This document shows positions 27,540 through 42,169 of a stretch of DNA of 64,000 nucleotides, piece by piece. The notes beneath the pieces are model-generated. The model was given only the letters and a program-made list of their open reading frames with translations. It ran no database searches and was not told the DNA's origin. The position numbers and the translations under genes are program-made. Numbering within the stretch: the stretch's first letter is position 1; each line of letters begins with the position of its first letter. Source of the DNA: Octopus vulgaris (taxonomy: Eukaryota); contig OX597830.1 in assembly GCA_951406725.2 (NCBI GenBank), forward strand, positions 23,870,001-23,934,000. Reading direction: 5' to 3'.

Positions 27540-27650
27540 CATTTCCTCATGGACAAGGATATCTTGGCCCATTAAACATTGCTGTTGAAGGACCCGTGGA
27601 ATAGAGGAGATAATATAGGATGGCACCGTCACAACTTCAAAGTTAGACTT
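27540..27650 (-). CDS. Candidate internal coding exon of an unidentified gene (KSNFEVVTVPSYIISSIPRVLQQQCLMGQDILVHEEM)
   Basis: Unique sequence; TTTACTTCTTTATATGGCAG acceptor, ATG|GTAAAT donor, 111 nt, only frame 0 open. Confidence 0.35.
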
Positions 27651-27730
27651 CTGCCATATAAAGAAGTAAACACATGACGATAATAATAATAGTGATAATG
27701 ATAATAATAATAATAATAAAAATAATAATG

Positions 27731-27773
<43 letters not shown>

Positions 27774-27803
27774 TAATAATAACAATAATAATAATAACAA
27801 TAA

Positions 27804-27859
<56 letters not shown>

Positions 27860-28044
27860 TCAGCAAGAATATTTGTAATAAGTAAAAGTAGACAAAAAGG
27901 AAAAGGAAAGCAGGGGAGATGAAGGAGAAGGAGGAGGAGGAGAAGGAGGAGGAGGAGAAGGAAGAGGAGAAGAAGAAGACGGAGGAGAAGGAGGAGGAAT
28001 AAGAAGAAGCTGATGATGATGATGATGATGATGATGACGATGTT

Positions 28045-30050
28045 AATGATTTCTTTTATTAGCCACAAGGACATAAAAGAGGGGCACATCAAAAGGAACG
28101 TCAACAATTTGTGTGGGAAGATTTACATTAAAGATGAAGAGATGGAAAGGGAAAAGACGATGAAATGCAATAAAATTATAGATAGTATACACACCAGCTT
28201 TGTTACCCATCCGTTCTATGATGCAACGCATGAGGTGGAGGTTGTCGTAGATGGATCTGCTGGGGATTGCATGCAATTCTCTTTCTCCGACAAAAGCGCC
28301 AACCTTTGGCCAAAATTCTTAACTCTGTGTTTAGTAGCGTTATGGATCAGAATTTGTCTTTAATATTCCTTTTATCGGCGTCCTTTCTCAGCAACCTTAA
28401 CATATCACGGGTCGCAGAACTGAGAATGTGGCCAGTTGTGATAGACATTTGCCAAGAAGTCGCTAAATTTGTCATAGAGCCATAAAACTCATTAAAACCG
28501 GGACATTTTGCTCTTTGCACAACCATTCAGTATATGTCGTATTTCAGTTGATGCTATAGGCCTTTCTCAGTGCTTTTCTGCTTCTTTCACGAGTCGAGGC
28601 AGGCCATCAAAGCACGCAATAAATTCCATAATTCGATGTAACCTTTCGCTTTTCCTGAAGACTCGAGCAAAGCACCGTTATAAAACTGCACACATTTACT
28701 TGGAATCGCGCAGTACGCGCCCATCCCGAATTCTCAGAAACTGAACTGTGTCTTTATGTCAGGCCACGCCTCCACCTCCCTAGTCAACCGAGCAGCTTTC
28801 TTTCCTTCTTGTTTCAGTGCACAAATTCTTGCCCTAACAACGGAGCCTTCCCATTTCGCATTGAAGAAATGGTCGAAGGCCGTTCTTGCTGCTGGCACGT
28901 TGGTCGCAATGCCATCTCTAATTGCCTCTTCTAGTATAGCAAGTAGCGCTTTGTCCTATATATTTCGCTCTATCAATGATTCTTTATTAAATGCTGTTGA
29001 GTTATATCTCATTGCCCCCTTCAGGGTTCCCCACCAGCTATTGTCCACAATTGCTCCTGTCAAATTCGCTTGACTACTTCGCTAATCTGGTCTCTTTAGT
29101 TTTTTCGCATTGGAAAAGGCGCATTCAGCTTCCAGGAGCTGGGTCCCTATTTATTAGTTCTATCTTAGGCGACTGAGCAGATCAAAAGTTTATAATCTGT
29201 GCAACTGGCTAGTTTAAATAGTAGACATCCTAAAGTACCCCTATCAGCAATCCTAATGGATATTCTTAGTACTCTCTGGAAGGCACATCGTGTTTGCCCT
29301 AAGTCCATATTTGCACATTCCGAAAATCCCATCGGCACCTGTCAGACAGCCGAAAACGTGGTTTGGTGTCAAATTGCAAGCAATGTTACTAGCTCAACCT
29401 CCGACCATGTACAGCTGGAAGCGTCGGAGCTTGTTTCCGAGACTTTTGAATCCACGTAAGCCTACACAATCCCTTTTTGCATCCAAAAGATCTTTCCAAA
29501 CCCCTACCAGTACTAAATAACGGGATGCACCTAGGAAGGTCTCTTAGCGTCTACAGAAGTCTTGGTGTCTTGCCCTGGTAGATGCATAGATGGCCACTTG
29601 TCTGAAGGCCCTGCCCATACTGTCGTTTACATCTCGTACCACCAACTTATCTGCCGGATCCAAGAAGATCCTCTCTACCGCCAAATATAATTCTTTCCGG
29701 AAAACATTGCTACACCAACGACCTATCCCACCAGGCCTCAAGATGAATACGTCTTGTAGTCGTCAAAAATGGGATTGGGTGAGTGAAACCCAGAAATTCT
29801 GGTTTCAATTATGGCTACCACACCTAAGCCAACTTATCTGAGGTAGTTGAGCAAGAGACCTTGTTTCCAAGCTAACTCTAGACCACCTACATTAACACAT
29901 CCTAGCCTGGATGACACTATGCATAATGGGGGAAAAAAGGAGAGGTTACTCACCTACAGCATTTCCAGTGGGGGATGGTCAATAACAAGTAGCCTTTCTA
30001 CTACAGACAATGGGGATTTGCCGATTACATCCACCCATGTGGGCAACTGA
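28045..30050 (-). mobile_element. Decayed L1/Tx1-like LINE: AP-endonuclease, linker and start of RT joined to the 3' end
   Basis: Minus translations RLGCVNVGGL, VVAIIETR, FLDPADKLVVRDV..RQVAIYAS, GPSSWKLN, ITLLNTELRILAK, PSRSIYDNLHLMR; ends AATAAAAGAAAT then (CAT)n. Confidence 0.82.
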
Positions 30051-30051
30051 T

Positions 30052-30197
30052 ATGTATTTTATCAACTGCTAAAGGATTTTATCAACTGCTAAATCGACGC
30101 CGACTTCAGCGGAATTTGAACTTTCATCGTGAAGACTGACGAAATGCCGCTAAGCATTTTTGTCCGGCCTGCTAACGATTTTGCCAGCTCGCCGCCT
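30052..30197 (-). mobile_element. SINE family A 5' half
   Basis: Minus GGCGGCGAGCTGGCAAAATCGTTAGCAGGCCGG head. Confidence 0.8.
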
Positions 30198-30230
30198 TTC
30201 TACATTTCTTAATAATAAAGAGAGAAAACA

Positions 30231-30304
<74 letters not shown>

Positions 30305-30801
30305 TACACAGAGCAGCGGCAGCAGCAGCAGCAGCTACAGCAGCAAAAGTGGCAGTTACAGCCAATGAGAAAGATGAGAACCAAAAACTTATGAAGAAAT
30401 CCCAGGACATGCACGAAATAGTAACCAGCTCTCCACCTTCTCTCTCCCTCTCTCTTTCGCTTTCTCTACGGCTCAAACTAATAAAGGACACAAACCACGC
30501 ACACACGCTCAGACACACACACACAGTACACACGCACACACACAACACATACACACACACACAAATGCTCGTCCGCACATATTCAGTGATGTTATCCGAC
30601 GTAAACGTTATGTGGGAGTAAAAAAAAAAACAAACAGAAGATAAAGAACGAAACGGTGATCATAGATAGATTGCCTTTCATCATACGTATGATCTATCGG
30701 AACTAACCTGGGGCTAAGCAACAGCAACAACAACAGTAGCATCATCACCACCACCAACACCACCGCTAAGAACAAGAACAAGAACAACAACAACAACAGC
30801 A

Positions 30802-30832
<31 letters not shown>

Positions 30833-30853
30833 GTACTACTACTACTACATATA

Positions 30854-32108
30854 TTGGGGTTGGACGAAATAATGGAAACACCTAGCATCATAGCCTCATA
30901 ATTTTGAAACATCTATAAAACCGTCAAAAGCTTTTTTTTTATGTTTTTTTTTTTATTTATTATTAGTGCTGCTTAATATGTTTTGCTAAAATGGCTGTTT
31001 CTTTTCAGATATCATCAGAAAAAGGTAATTAAAATTCATTAAAATGGCAGATCTATCGGACTTTGAAAGTGGTCAAATTGTTGGTACTAGAAAACAGCTG
31101 AAATGTTTGGTGTATCAAGAAGTACTGTCCCGAAAGTAATGACAGCCTTTGAGAAAGAGGGAAAAACCTCCTCGTCAAAACAAATTTCCAGAAGAAAACC
31201 AAAAGCTTCAGATAGGGACCACTAGACTCTTACGCGAATTTTTAGAAAGGATCACGAAAGTACAGTTCTCAAAATTACTGCAGAGATTAATGACCACTTC
31301 GAGAACCCAGTTCTACAAAAACTGTTCGCTGGGAGCTGCACAAAGCAGGATTTCACGGAAGGGTTGCAATCAGAAAATCAATACTTTTAAAACAAACATT
31401 GCAAAGCGTTTAGAGTGGAGTAAAAAACTACAGATTTGATCCTTAGAGCAGGAAGAATATTATTTTCTCGGACGAATCATCCTTTACCATATTTCCGACC
31501 ACCGGCCGAGTATATGTGTGGAGACAGCCAAAAGAAGCATTTGACCCAGACTGCCTTCTTCCAACTGTTAAACATGGAGAAGGATCTGTGATGATCTGGG
31601 GGGTGGGGGTGCTATATCTTGGAAATCTGCCGGTCCAATGGTTTCCCTTCATGGCAGAATTAATAGTCAAGACTATTTAAGCATTTTATCTGATCAAATT
31701 CATCCTATGGTTACGGAACAGTTTCCGGAGTGGAACGCAATCTTTCAGGGTAATAATGCACCAATTCACACAGCTAAAGTTGTTACTGAATGGCACGTGG
31801 AACATTCTAGTGAAGTAAAACCTCTTATCTGGCCACCACAGTCCCCAGATCTCAATATTATTGAACATTTATGGTGCATTTTAGAAAAACAAGTAAGGAG
31901 TCGATATCCTCCACCATCATCACTACAAGAACTGGAAACTGTTTTGGCTGAAGAAGGAACGAAAATTCCTCTGGAAACAATTCAAACTTTGTACAAGTCC
32001 ATACCTCGTAGAAATCAAGTTGTGATTACTGCCAAAGATTGTTCTACCCCATATTAAAATAAATTTGTTTGAAATTTTAAGGTGTTTCCATTATTTTGTC
32101 CAACACGA

Positions 32109-32110
<2 letters not shown>
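30854..32110 (+). mobile_element. Near full-length decayed Tc1 DNA transposon
   Basis: TIRs GTTGGACGAAATAATGGAAACACCT / AGGTGTTTCCATTATTTTGTCCAAC in a TA context. Confidence 0.93.
31044..32057 (+). pseudogene. Tc1 DD34E transposase pseudogene
   Basis: MADLSDFESGQIVG start, FSDES, TVKHGEGSVMIWG, FQGNNAPIH (second Asp mutated), WPPQSPDLNIIEHLW; frameshifts and stops. Confidence 0.93.
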
Positions 32111-32174
<64 letters not shown>

Positions 32175-32231
32175 GTATGTATATATACATATCTATATCT
32201 ATATAGATAGATATGTACATATCTATATCTA

Positions 32232-32278
<47 letters not shown>

Positions 32279-32578
32279 ATATATATATATATATATACCT
32301 ACACACATGTACCATAGAAAGGTATATAAAACAGCAGCGAAAACAAAATGGGTGGTAATGGAATAATCGCTTCGTCTGTCAGAGATTGAAGTATGGAACA
32401 AGTTTGCAATAAATGTGAATTGAATATACACCAGAGGGGTAAAGAATATACGTTGCTTGTGTATAAATGTGCGTGTCTACGCTGTACATGTAGGGCGTCA
32501 TCGATGCAATAAATGATAAACATTCATTCCATCTCTCACTCTCTTTCTCTCTTTATATATGTGTGTATATATGTATAC

Positions 32579-32617
<39 letters not shown>

Positions 32618-32683
32618 CATATACACACACACACATACACACACGTACACACAAACATATATTTGTGCGTGTGTGAGTGTATT

Positions 32684-32714
<31 letters not shown>

Positions 32715-32921
32715 TTGAATTTATATGTAGTTGAGAGCTCAAGAAGGATTAAGAGAGAAATGTTTAGCTCGCTGCTATATATTTGTACACACATGCACAC
32801 ACACACACACTCGCTCACATACACACACGTGCACACATACAAGCACCACCACATATAATGCACATGTACGTTTTATCGATATCTTTCAGTATGTCACTCC
32901 CTTTCTCTCCCTCTCCATCAA

Positions 32922-32973
<52 letters not shown>

Positions 32974-32993
32974 TGTATACATTCATACATACG

Positions 32994-33058
<65 letters not shown>

Positions 33059-33319
33059 ATATGTATGTATATTATGTTGGTATATATAATATCTTTGGCC
33101 CCTGGAAAAATGGAAGATCAGTAAGATTCTAAATGATACTTTAGAGAAATCAAAAAGAAAGAGATAGAGAGGGAGAGAGAGAGGGAGAGTACATTAGAGA
33201 GAGAGAGAGAAATTTATATAGATAAGTATACATGTATATGAGTATATATATGTATACATATATACATATATGTGTGTGCGTATGTGTGTGTCTATGTGTG
33301 CATGTGTGTCTGCTTCTGC

Positions 33320-33356
<37 letters not shown>

Positions 33357-33439
33357 ATATAGATTGACAAGCATCTACGTAGATACAAACACACACACAC
33401 TAACATATATGTGGAGATATGTAGACACAGGGACAGCCA

Positions 33440-33548
<109 letters not shown>

Positions 33549-33665
33549 CAGATAGACATGAAGAGGAGCTGTTGTCTTTATCAGATCTTTGGTATCGTTT
33601 CCCTTTATCTGATACTCCTTCTTCTTTTAATCCTGCTTTTAGGATTGATCCTTCTTAATACGAAA

Positions 33666-33749
<84 letters not shown>

Positions 33750-33888
33750 AGGTACAAGATTTGAAATTTTGGGGTGAAGGGGCTAGTCGATTACATCGAC
33801 CCCAGTGCGTAACTGGTACTTATTTCATCGACTCCCTACAGGATGAAAGGCAAAGTCTTCCTCGGCGGAATTTGAACTCAGAATGTAA
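33750..33888 (-). mobile_element. SINE family A fragment abutting the LINE
   Basis: Core present, truncated at CTCAGAATGTAATG. Confidence 0.8.
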
Positions 33889-35225
33889 TGATGGATGGTC
33901 AAACAATAGACCATCTCCTGTACATGGATGACTTAAAAATTTTTGCTAAACCTTCTCAAAATTGTCCGTAGTTTCAGCAGCAAGCACATCGCGATGAGTA
34001 TGGGGCTGGACATGGGGCTGGACAAATCTGCCAGAGTCGCACTGAGAAAAGGCAAATTAATCAGCACTGAAAACCTAGCACTTGACATAGACACAAAAAA
34101 AAAATCAGGGAATTAGACCACAACCGCCCATCTAGGAATAGACGAAACAGCTAAAATACAACACACAGAAAGGAAAGAGAAAATTACGAGAGACTATTAC
34201 AGAAGAGTTAGACTAATAGTAACCATAGAACTCAGTGCTAAAAATAAGATAATAAGGATACACATGCTAGTCATACCAGTTATAAATTACAACTTCCACA
34301 TAATGAATTAAATATCAGCGAATTAAGAAACCTAGATAGAAAAACCAGAAAGCTATTAATAGCGTACCGAAGTCGCCACCCCAAAGCGGACGCAGATAGA
34401 ATGCATCTACCCCTCTCAGAATGAGGCCGTGCTCTGATGCAGATACAGAACGATTATGAAATAACAACAGTTGGACTAGAATAGTACTTAGAAGCAAAAA
34501 GTGGAACACTACTGCATGTAATAAAACAGCATGAGAGAAAGAAACTGCTTTTCTCTATACACAAGAGGCGACAAAATATAAAACAGAAACAAACTATACT
34601 GATAAACTAACTTCAGATGACAACATCACAGAAATGGCCAAAGAGACAAAAAGCATGAAAACAGAATTACAAAAGATACTGAAGAAAAACTGGGGAGAGA
34701 AATCATTCCATGGCCAAAGCTTGACAGAGAGGAAGTGAGCCTAAGCCGACGATGGTTCAAAAGCTCTAGACTAAAAACTGAAACGGAAGGACTGATTCTC
34801 TCTGTACAAGTCCCAATGCCTGACTACAAACAATTATAAAAGCAAAATAATGAAAATGGGCCCTAACAACTAACAACACAATGAGACAGTTGACCACATA
34901 ATTTCTGGCTGATCAGTCCTTGCCAAATCTGAAGATGTATATACAAACACGACAGAGTAAGCAGTTATATCCATTGGACATTATGCCAGTTACAGCATTA
35001 AAACTGACATTAGGTGGTACAAACAAGGTACAAAACGTCACGATCATCTTGGATATGCCGGTCCAAACTGACAAAGAAATAAGAGCAAATCCCCAGACAT
35101 AATAATCAAGGATTGGGGAAAAAAACACCTACTTACTGATAGACATTGCAGTCCCTTCTGATCAAAATATTGTCAAAAAAAGTGAAGAAATTGTCAAAGT
35201 ACAAAGACATCAAAATTGAAGTATT
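33889..35225 (+). mobile_element. Decayed R4/Dong-like (restriction-like endonuclease) LINE, 3' portion
   Basis: IDHLLYMDDLKIFAK (RT active site), KTETEGLIL, ETVDHIISG, DMPVQTDKEIRANP, PDIII, LLIDIAVP, KLSKYKDIKIEV. Confidence 0.85.
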
Positions 35226-35619
35226 CACATACTATCCCAAAAATAGGAACAGCTCACATTCTAAGCAAGGCATTATCAATTCAATAATACAACCTAAACA
35301 AAACAACCCACAAAACAAAATACACTCTATACAGCAATTATCCAGTGAAATAAACTTCTACTAGCAAATCGAGTAACCAACGCACACAAGCAGTAATACA
35401 AAAAAAAAAAACTGTACCACACCTCTAGAGAAAAATAAACTAACGCAAACCAATACCGGGAAGAGTTTGTGCACTCTCAACAACAGAAAAGAATACACAA
35501 TGCTGCTCACACCCCAACAACACGGAGGTGCTGCAGGTGCTGCAGATGATGCAGTAGAAAGTTGCCTCAAACTAACAAATGTCGAACAATTATGTAATTA
35601 TAACAATGATAATCTTTTC

Positions 35620-36232
35620 TTCTATTGGCACAGGACTTGAAATTTTGAAGGAGAGGGCTCGCCGAATACAACGACGCCTGTACCCAGCTGATACTTATTT
35701 TATCAACTCGGAAATATAAAAGACAAAGTCGACCTCGGTATGGTTTTGAACTCAGATCGTAAAGCCGAGAGAAATACATATTTCTTTACTACCCACAAGG
35801 TGCCATATACAGAGGAGACGAACAAGGACAAACAGATTAAGTCGATTATGTCGACCCCAGTGCGTAACTGGTACTTATTTAATCGACCCCGAAAGGACGA
35901 AAGGCAAAGTCGACCTCGGCGGAATTTGAACTCAGAACGTAGCGGCAGACGAAATACCTATTTCTTTACTACCCACAAGGGGCTAAACACAGAGGAGACA
36001 AACAAGGACAGACAAACGGATTAAGTCGATTACATCGACCCCAGTGCGTAACTAGTACTTAATTTATCGACCCCAAAAGGATGAAAGGCAAAGTCGACCT
36101 CGGCGGAATTTGAACTCAGAACGTAAGGGCAGACGACATACAGCTACGCATTTCGCCCTGCGTGCTAAATCCGAGACAAATACCGTTCATAATTTTGTCT
36201 CAGCGCGGTAACGTTTCATTTGAACTCAGAAC
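35620..36232 (-). mobile_element. Tandem multimer of SINE family A
   Basis: Three core units, as at 1-663. Confidence 0.88.
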
Positions 36233-37444
36233 ACCGCTATGGTGACGATGTTGGTTAATTTTTGCTTTTATTAATGTTGTTGCGATGATTGTGTTATCCT
36301 TCCCTTCAGCATTTATCAGGCAGATACCCATTCTTTAAATTTTAGGAATTCGAACATAGCTGGAAGGTTTTCAAAGGGGAATTGTATTGTGAGCTCCATA
36401 TCTCTGATCTGTAGCAGCAACCAGTTTCTGCTCTGGTTTTACCTTCAAGTTGATCACCTCTACTATTCTCCACCAAGATCTTGATGAAATAGTCGATGTT
36501 TACCTTAGGTAACGCATTTTTAAAGTGTAATATACTTAATACTGTATGAAGAAAAATTCTTAGTAGCTCTTCTACATATGAGTAAAAAAGTATTTCGAAT
36601 AACTATTTGCTAAATTGATTTCCAAAATAAAAGTAAAAGTTAATAAAATTAATTCAAATTTGCGTCAACTGATGAGGTTTCATGAACTAAAAATTATTGC
36701 ATAGCAAATATCCGACTTAGCTTCACTTAAATGAGTAATAATGTATTAAAATTATCATCCCTTTACCTTGATAGTCGCTAACACTTGCTCCAGATTTTGG
36801 TGTTCTGTCTCACATCGAGTTTCAGGAGTGAATTTCATTTAATTAAGATTTTCTTTGTGTGAGACATTCACTACATCACACTTAGATTTAGTTATACAAA
36901 TTTATACCATTGTACGGATTGGCTTATGTCCTCGAGCTCATTCTATTCGAAATATTCAAATTACACTGGAAAAATTTATTCGCTGTTTTTTTCTCGGAAG
37001 GCTTAGATTACATTATGCTGATTAAATGAAGAGGTCGAACAGATCGAAATATACCCTTAGTTGTTCATTGACTGCAGAGATCAGAGTTTTTCCTCCCTTA
37101 AGCATGCATATTAACTTTGAGAATTACCCGCTTGAAGCTGTATTTTTGGCTCGGTATTACTATAATAGGATTTGTTCAAAACTCACCATTGAGTGCACAG
37201 AACAATTTAACCTGACGAACTTTTATCAGAAGCTATTACAGTATTTCCAAGTCGAAAACAAAGTCTAAACCGGGCAAAAAGAGACACCGAAGAATTTTAG
37301 ATTGTTGTAAGCGTGAAAGCAGTATCAAAAGATTTCATCTTGAATCAGAAATCCCCTTTTAAGAACGCGGAAGTAAGAAACGAAAAAGAATTATTCAGTT
37401 ATATATGGAACTAGAAAGAAACTCGTGATATAGGCTATAATTAC

Positions 37445-37659
37445 TCTTTTACTCTTTTACTCTTTTACTTGTTTCAGTCATTTGACTATGGCCATGCTGG
37501 AGCACCGCCTTTAGTCGAGCAAATCGACTCCGGGACTTATTCTTTGTAAGCCTAGTACTTATTCTATCGGTCTCTTTTGCCGAACCGCTAAGTTACGGGG
37601 ACATAAACACACCAGCATCAGTTGTCAAGCGATGTTGGGGGACAAACACAGACACACAA

Positions 37660-37716
<57 letters not shown>

Positions 37717-37892
37717 AATACATATATACGACGGGCTTCTTTCAGTTTCCATCTACCAAATCCACTCACAAGGCTTTGGTCGGCCCGAGACTATAGTAGA
37801 AGACACTTGCCCAAGGTGCCACGCAGTGGACTGAACCCGGAACCATGTGGTTCGTAAGCAAGTTACTTACCACACAGCCACTCCTGCGCCTG
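37445..37892 (-). mobile_element. Full-length SINE family C with internal (TA)(TG) microsatellite and (AAAAGAGT)n tail
   Basis: Minus head GGCGCAGGAGTGGCTGTGTGGTAAG..GGTTCCGGGTTCAGTCC, GGCACCTTGGGCAAGTG core. Confidence 0.9.
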
Positions 37893-38391
37893 TATTAAAT
37901 ATATTTTAATGAAAATAGGAGGCAATTTAAATAGAAGGATTGAAATACTGTAAAGTGTCGTATTAGAAAAATGAATTCTACCAAAATAAAGTTTATAGGG
38001 ATAGCTGTTGTATCTATATTTGTAGTAGTAGTAGTTGTTGTGGTGGTAGTGATAGTTGTAGTTCTGGTTTCTGAGTTATTAGAATACAAACATATAACCT
38101 GATTCAACTACCGGATGAAAGGAGTAAACCCAGCCATAAATGTATAGCTCGAAACCCGAGAAACCTTCCGTATATTATAAAGCGAATAGGGAGGCGTTAG
38201 TAAAGTTAAACAGATCTTGTTATGTTTTTCTGTTGATTTACTACCGAGATGAGGAATAGTCCACATGTTCTTAGGCTGTTGGAATGTTTACCGCACCCTG
38301 TACAACAATGCTATTTCGCGAACGCCGTGAAAAGTCTCTTATTAGTATTGAATACATTCCGAAATTTATTCGATTTCTCATCTTTTGATAG

Positions 38392-38449
<58 letters not shown>

Positions 38450-38911
38450 CAGGAATTAATTTCAACCGTGTTTCGTGGTCTGCTACCACAACAGCGCCTT
38501 TATTGGATCCAGTTAGCTCAAAACATCATCTGGAGGAACCACGTCCGGTTTCGGCCCCTACTCCTCTACCGTTTTGACGTAGCCGGCCCCCCATTTCGGA
38601 GGTATCTTCAGATCTGGTGTTGGGTGCATGTCTTCTTTCTTCTTCTTTCTTCTATTCCCTGGCCTATATATATATATATCAGTAATGGGGAAATAGTCAA
38701 GTTTAAAAATAATGATAACTTACTTTATTTCACATATTCAGTACTATTCAAATTGTCCGTAATGTTATTTGCAAGCATAATGTGATATTTTATATTTACA
38801 TCCATTCTATGTATGTATGTATGTATGTATGTATGTATGTATGTATGTATGTATGTATGTATGTATGTATGTATGTATGTATAGATCGATCGATAGATAG
38901 ACAGACAAATG

Positions 38912-38949
<38 letters not shown>

Positions 38950-39010
38950 CAGACACATAGATAGAAAGATAGACGAACGGACAGGAAGAAGGATATTTCA
39001 TTCTTTCTCA

Positions 39011-39044
<34 letters not shown>

Positions 39045-39809
39045 GTGTATTTGTGTGTATGTATGAAAATTTCTCTGTGCATGTATATAAACATGCATAC
39101 ACACACACACACATCAGTGTGTATGTATTTATGCATTTCTATACCTATGTATGTATTAGCTTCTCAGGTGCATCTGCGCCCATTATATGTCATCAGTAAA
39201 GCCATTAGCTTTCTGATTTGACATGGAGAACGCTTCCTTATTTCATATAATTAACGGCAGTGTGAATATTAAAATATTGCAAGCACTGGTGGTATAACTA
39301 TCTATGTTATTTGATATCAAATTTCCTATATGAATACACATAGTATTGCTTTATAATTTATTCAATAAAGAATGCGCGATAATTTATCCAATCTAACTGA
39401 ATAGGGTTTGTGACTGTCTTATTTCAAATTAGTTCTCATTATTGGGTTATTTTGATTTACAATATGTATAGGATTCGTATATGATATAACCTCAAGCAAA
39501 ATAATATCGTAAATACGTGATGGTCACAGGCATAGAGTTAGGTATATAGATAATAAGATAGATAAATTGATTGATAGATAGATACATACATATATACATA
39601 GATACATACATATATACATAGATACGTATCTTACAGGTCCATACAAAAGATTCCCGTTTGCCAAATTTCGCTAAGGAGGGTAACATCGATCCGACAGCAT
39701 AGGATAATATATTTGCAAAAGGTTGAACTCTGTAGGATCGAATCCGGGACCCATTTGTCTCGGAGTAAGCTTATCTTTTGAACCCCATGGCATGTCATCT
39801 CTCTCTCTC

Positions 39810-40218
39810 TTTTACTTGTTTCAGTCATTTGACTGCGGCCATGCTGCAGCACCGCCTTTAGTCGAGAAAATCGAACCCGGGACTTATTCTTTTGTAAGCC
39901 CAGTACTTATTCTATCGGTCTCTTTTGCCGAACCGCTAAGTGACGGGGACGTAAACACACCAGCATCGGTTGTGAAGCAATGCTAGGGGGACAAACACAG
40001 ACACACAAACATATATACACACACTTATATATATATATATATATACATATATACGACAGGCTTCTTTCAGTTTCCGTCTACCAAATCCACTCACAAGGCA
40101 TTGGTTGGCCCGGGGCTATAGCAGAAGACACTTGTCCAAGGTGCCACGCAGTGGGACTGAACCCGGAACCATGTGGTTGGTTAGCAAGCTACTTACCACA
40201 CAGCCACTCCTGCGCCTA
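39810..40218 (-). mobile_element. Full-length SINE family C
   Basis: Collinear with 37445-37892. Confidence 0.9.
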
Positions 40219-40228
40219 TATATATTCT

Positions 40229-40270
<42 letters not shown>

Positions 40271-40554
40271 CACACTGAACACACTCACACACATCGTGAA
40301 TTAAGTTATACATACATATAAGTTATATGTTACTGCATGAAACATTTTCATAGATAGAGGAATTCAGAGAATTGACAAATGGAAAGCTTTTTCACTAACC
40401 TTCGAATTATCTAGTCTTATTTCTGCAACGTATTCTATCTGTTAGCCAACCGCTAATTTAATCTACAAAGCATGTATGTATGCGTGTATTTATGTAGGTG
40501 TGTGTATGTGAATGTATGTATGTGTGTATATATACAGTGTGCATATATATAGTT

Positions 40555-40700
40555 GAAATTTACAGAAAGACAAAAGACGAAGACAGGTGTATAAACAACA
40601 AACAGGTATCTTAGTTTTACGCTCGGGAAGATAAGAAAGTCTTTTTACGTTTTGAGCCTATGCTCTTTAACAGAAAATAACGCGTAGTAATAAACAGAGA
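40555..40700 (-). mobile_element. Family H copy 2 (decayed motif)
   Basis: Homologous to 14330-14545. Confidence 0.65.
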
Positions 40701-40718
40701 GAGAATAATAATAATAAA

Positions 40719-40786
<68 letters not shown>

Positions 40787-41189
40787 TACGGTTCTGTGAT
40801 AGAAATTTCAGTAAAATAAAAGTACGCCATTTCATGTTATACAAATCATTTTAATACTTCATGTACAGTCGTTTCATCATTATTCAATATAATCAATTTT
40901 TAATAAAGCTGTATCCATTTTGGTGATTATTACTTAATTCTAAGGCAATTTGTAAGATTTGCTTTCTGACACATGCTGAACATGATTGGTTGGTAGTCAT
41001 ATCTTGCTATGATATGCGGTTTGTGCCTGAAGACGTTTGAGATATTTCTCAACGTATGTAATTATTTGTAGCACTTAAGACATGTAATGTCTCCTTTAAA
41101 TAAATAATATATATATATTATAAATAATATATATATGTATGCATGTATTATGTATGTATGTATGTATGTATGTGTGTATATATATATGC

Positions 41190-41222
<33 letters not shown>

Positions 41223-41240
41223 CATACATATGTATGTATG

Positions 41241-41299
<59 letters not shown>

Positions 41300-41409
41300 T
41301 ACTGTTCTGTGATAGAAAATTCAGCAAAATAAAATTTAGCAAATAATATTAATACATCATTTTCTATCGTTTCATCATTGTTCAATATAATTTTGGTGTG
41401 TTTAATTCT

Positions 41410-41515
41410 CCGTAACTTAGCGGTTCGGCAAGAATACCCGACAGAATAAGTAATAGGCTAACAAAGAATAAGCCCTGGGCTCGATTTGTTCGATTGAAAC
41501 AAGTAAGAGAATAAA
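41410..41515 (+). mobile_element. SINE family C 3' fragment
   Basis: CCGTAACTTAGCGGTTCGGCAAG..GAAACAAGTAAGAG. Confidence 0.7.
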
Positions 41516-41524
41516 GAAATAAAA

Positions 41525-41580
<56 letters not shown>

Positions 41581-41619
41581 GTATGTGTGTGTCTGTATAT
41601 ATATATATATATATATATA

Positions 41620-41798
41620 GGGAAAAAAACAAAAGACGAAAACAGGTGGTGTACAAAACAAACAGATGTATTAGTATAACATTCAGGAATAGAAAAAGTC
41701 TTTTACGTTTCGAGCCTACACTCTTCTATAGAAAGGGACACAGAAAGAAACAATGAGAGAAAAAAATGTGTGTAGTGGCTAACGATCTATCATAGCGA

Positions 41799-41800
<2 letters not shown>
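41620..41800 (-). mobile_element. Family H copy 3
   Basis: TTTTACGTTTCGAGCCTACACTCTTCTATAGAAAGG. Confidence 0.7.
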
Positions 41801-41847
<47 letters not shown>

Positions 41848-42169
41848 GCACATACATATATAAAATGAAGCTACTACATCTACTAAGGTACTATTTAAAT
41901 CAAGCTACTACAACAAGTACAACATCGAGAATTATCACCACTTCTTCTACTAGCCCTCATACTACAATTGCTATATCAGTATTACCGAAACCTAAACATA
42001 ACTGCTACCCCTTCTGCTATACCACCAACACCTTCATCCATACCATTAGCACTACAGCCATTGAAAAACGCACACAATAACTCCTACTACAACCACCACT
42101 ACTGCAACAAATAAAACTACCACTGTTATACTGCCACCTCACCATCAGCATTATACTGCCTGCAGTGTC

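Noticed and set aside
28013-30050. Series of plus-strand ORFs
   Set aside because: Antisense frames of the decayed L1/Tx1-like element.
41027-41060. CTGAAGA followed by a hairpin
   Set aside because: No GAAA box after the hairpin, so not a hammerhead.
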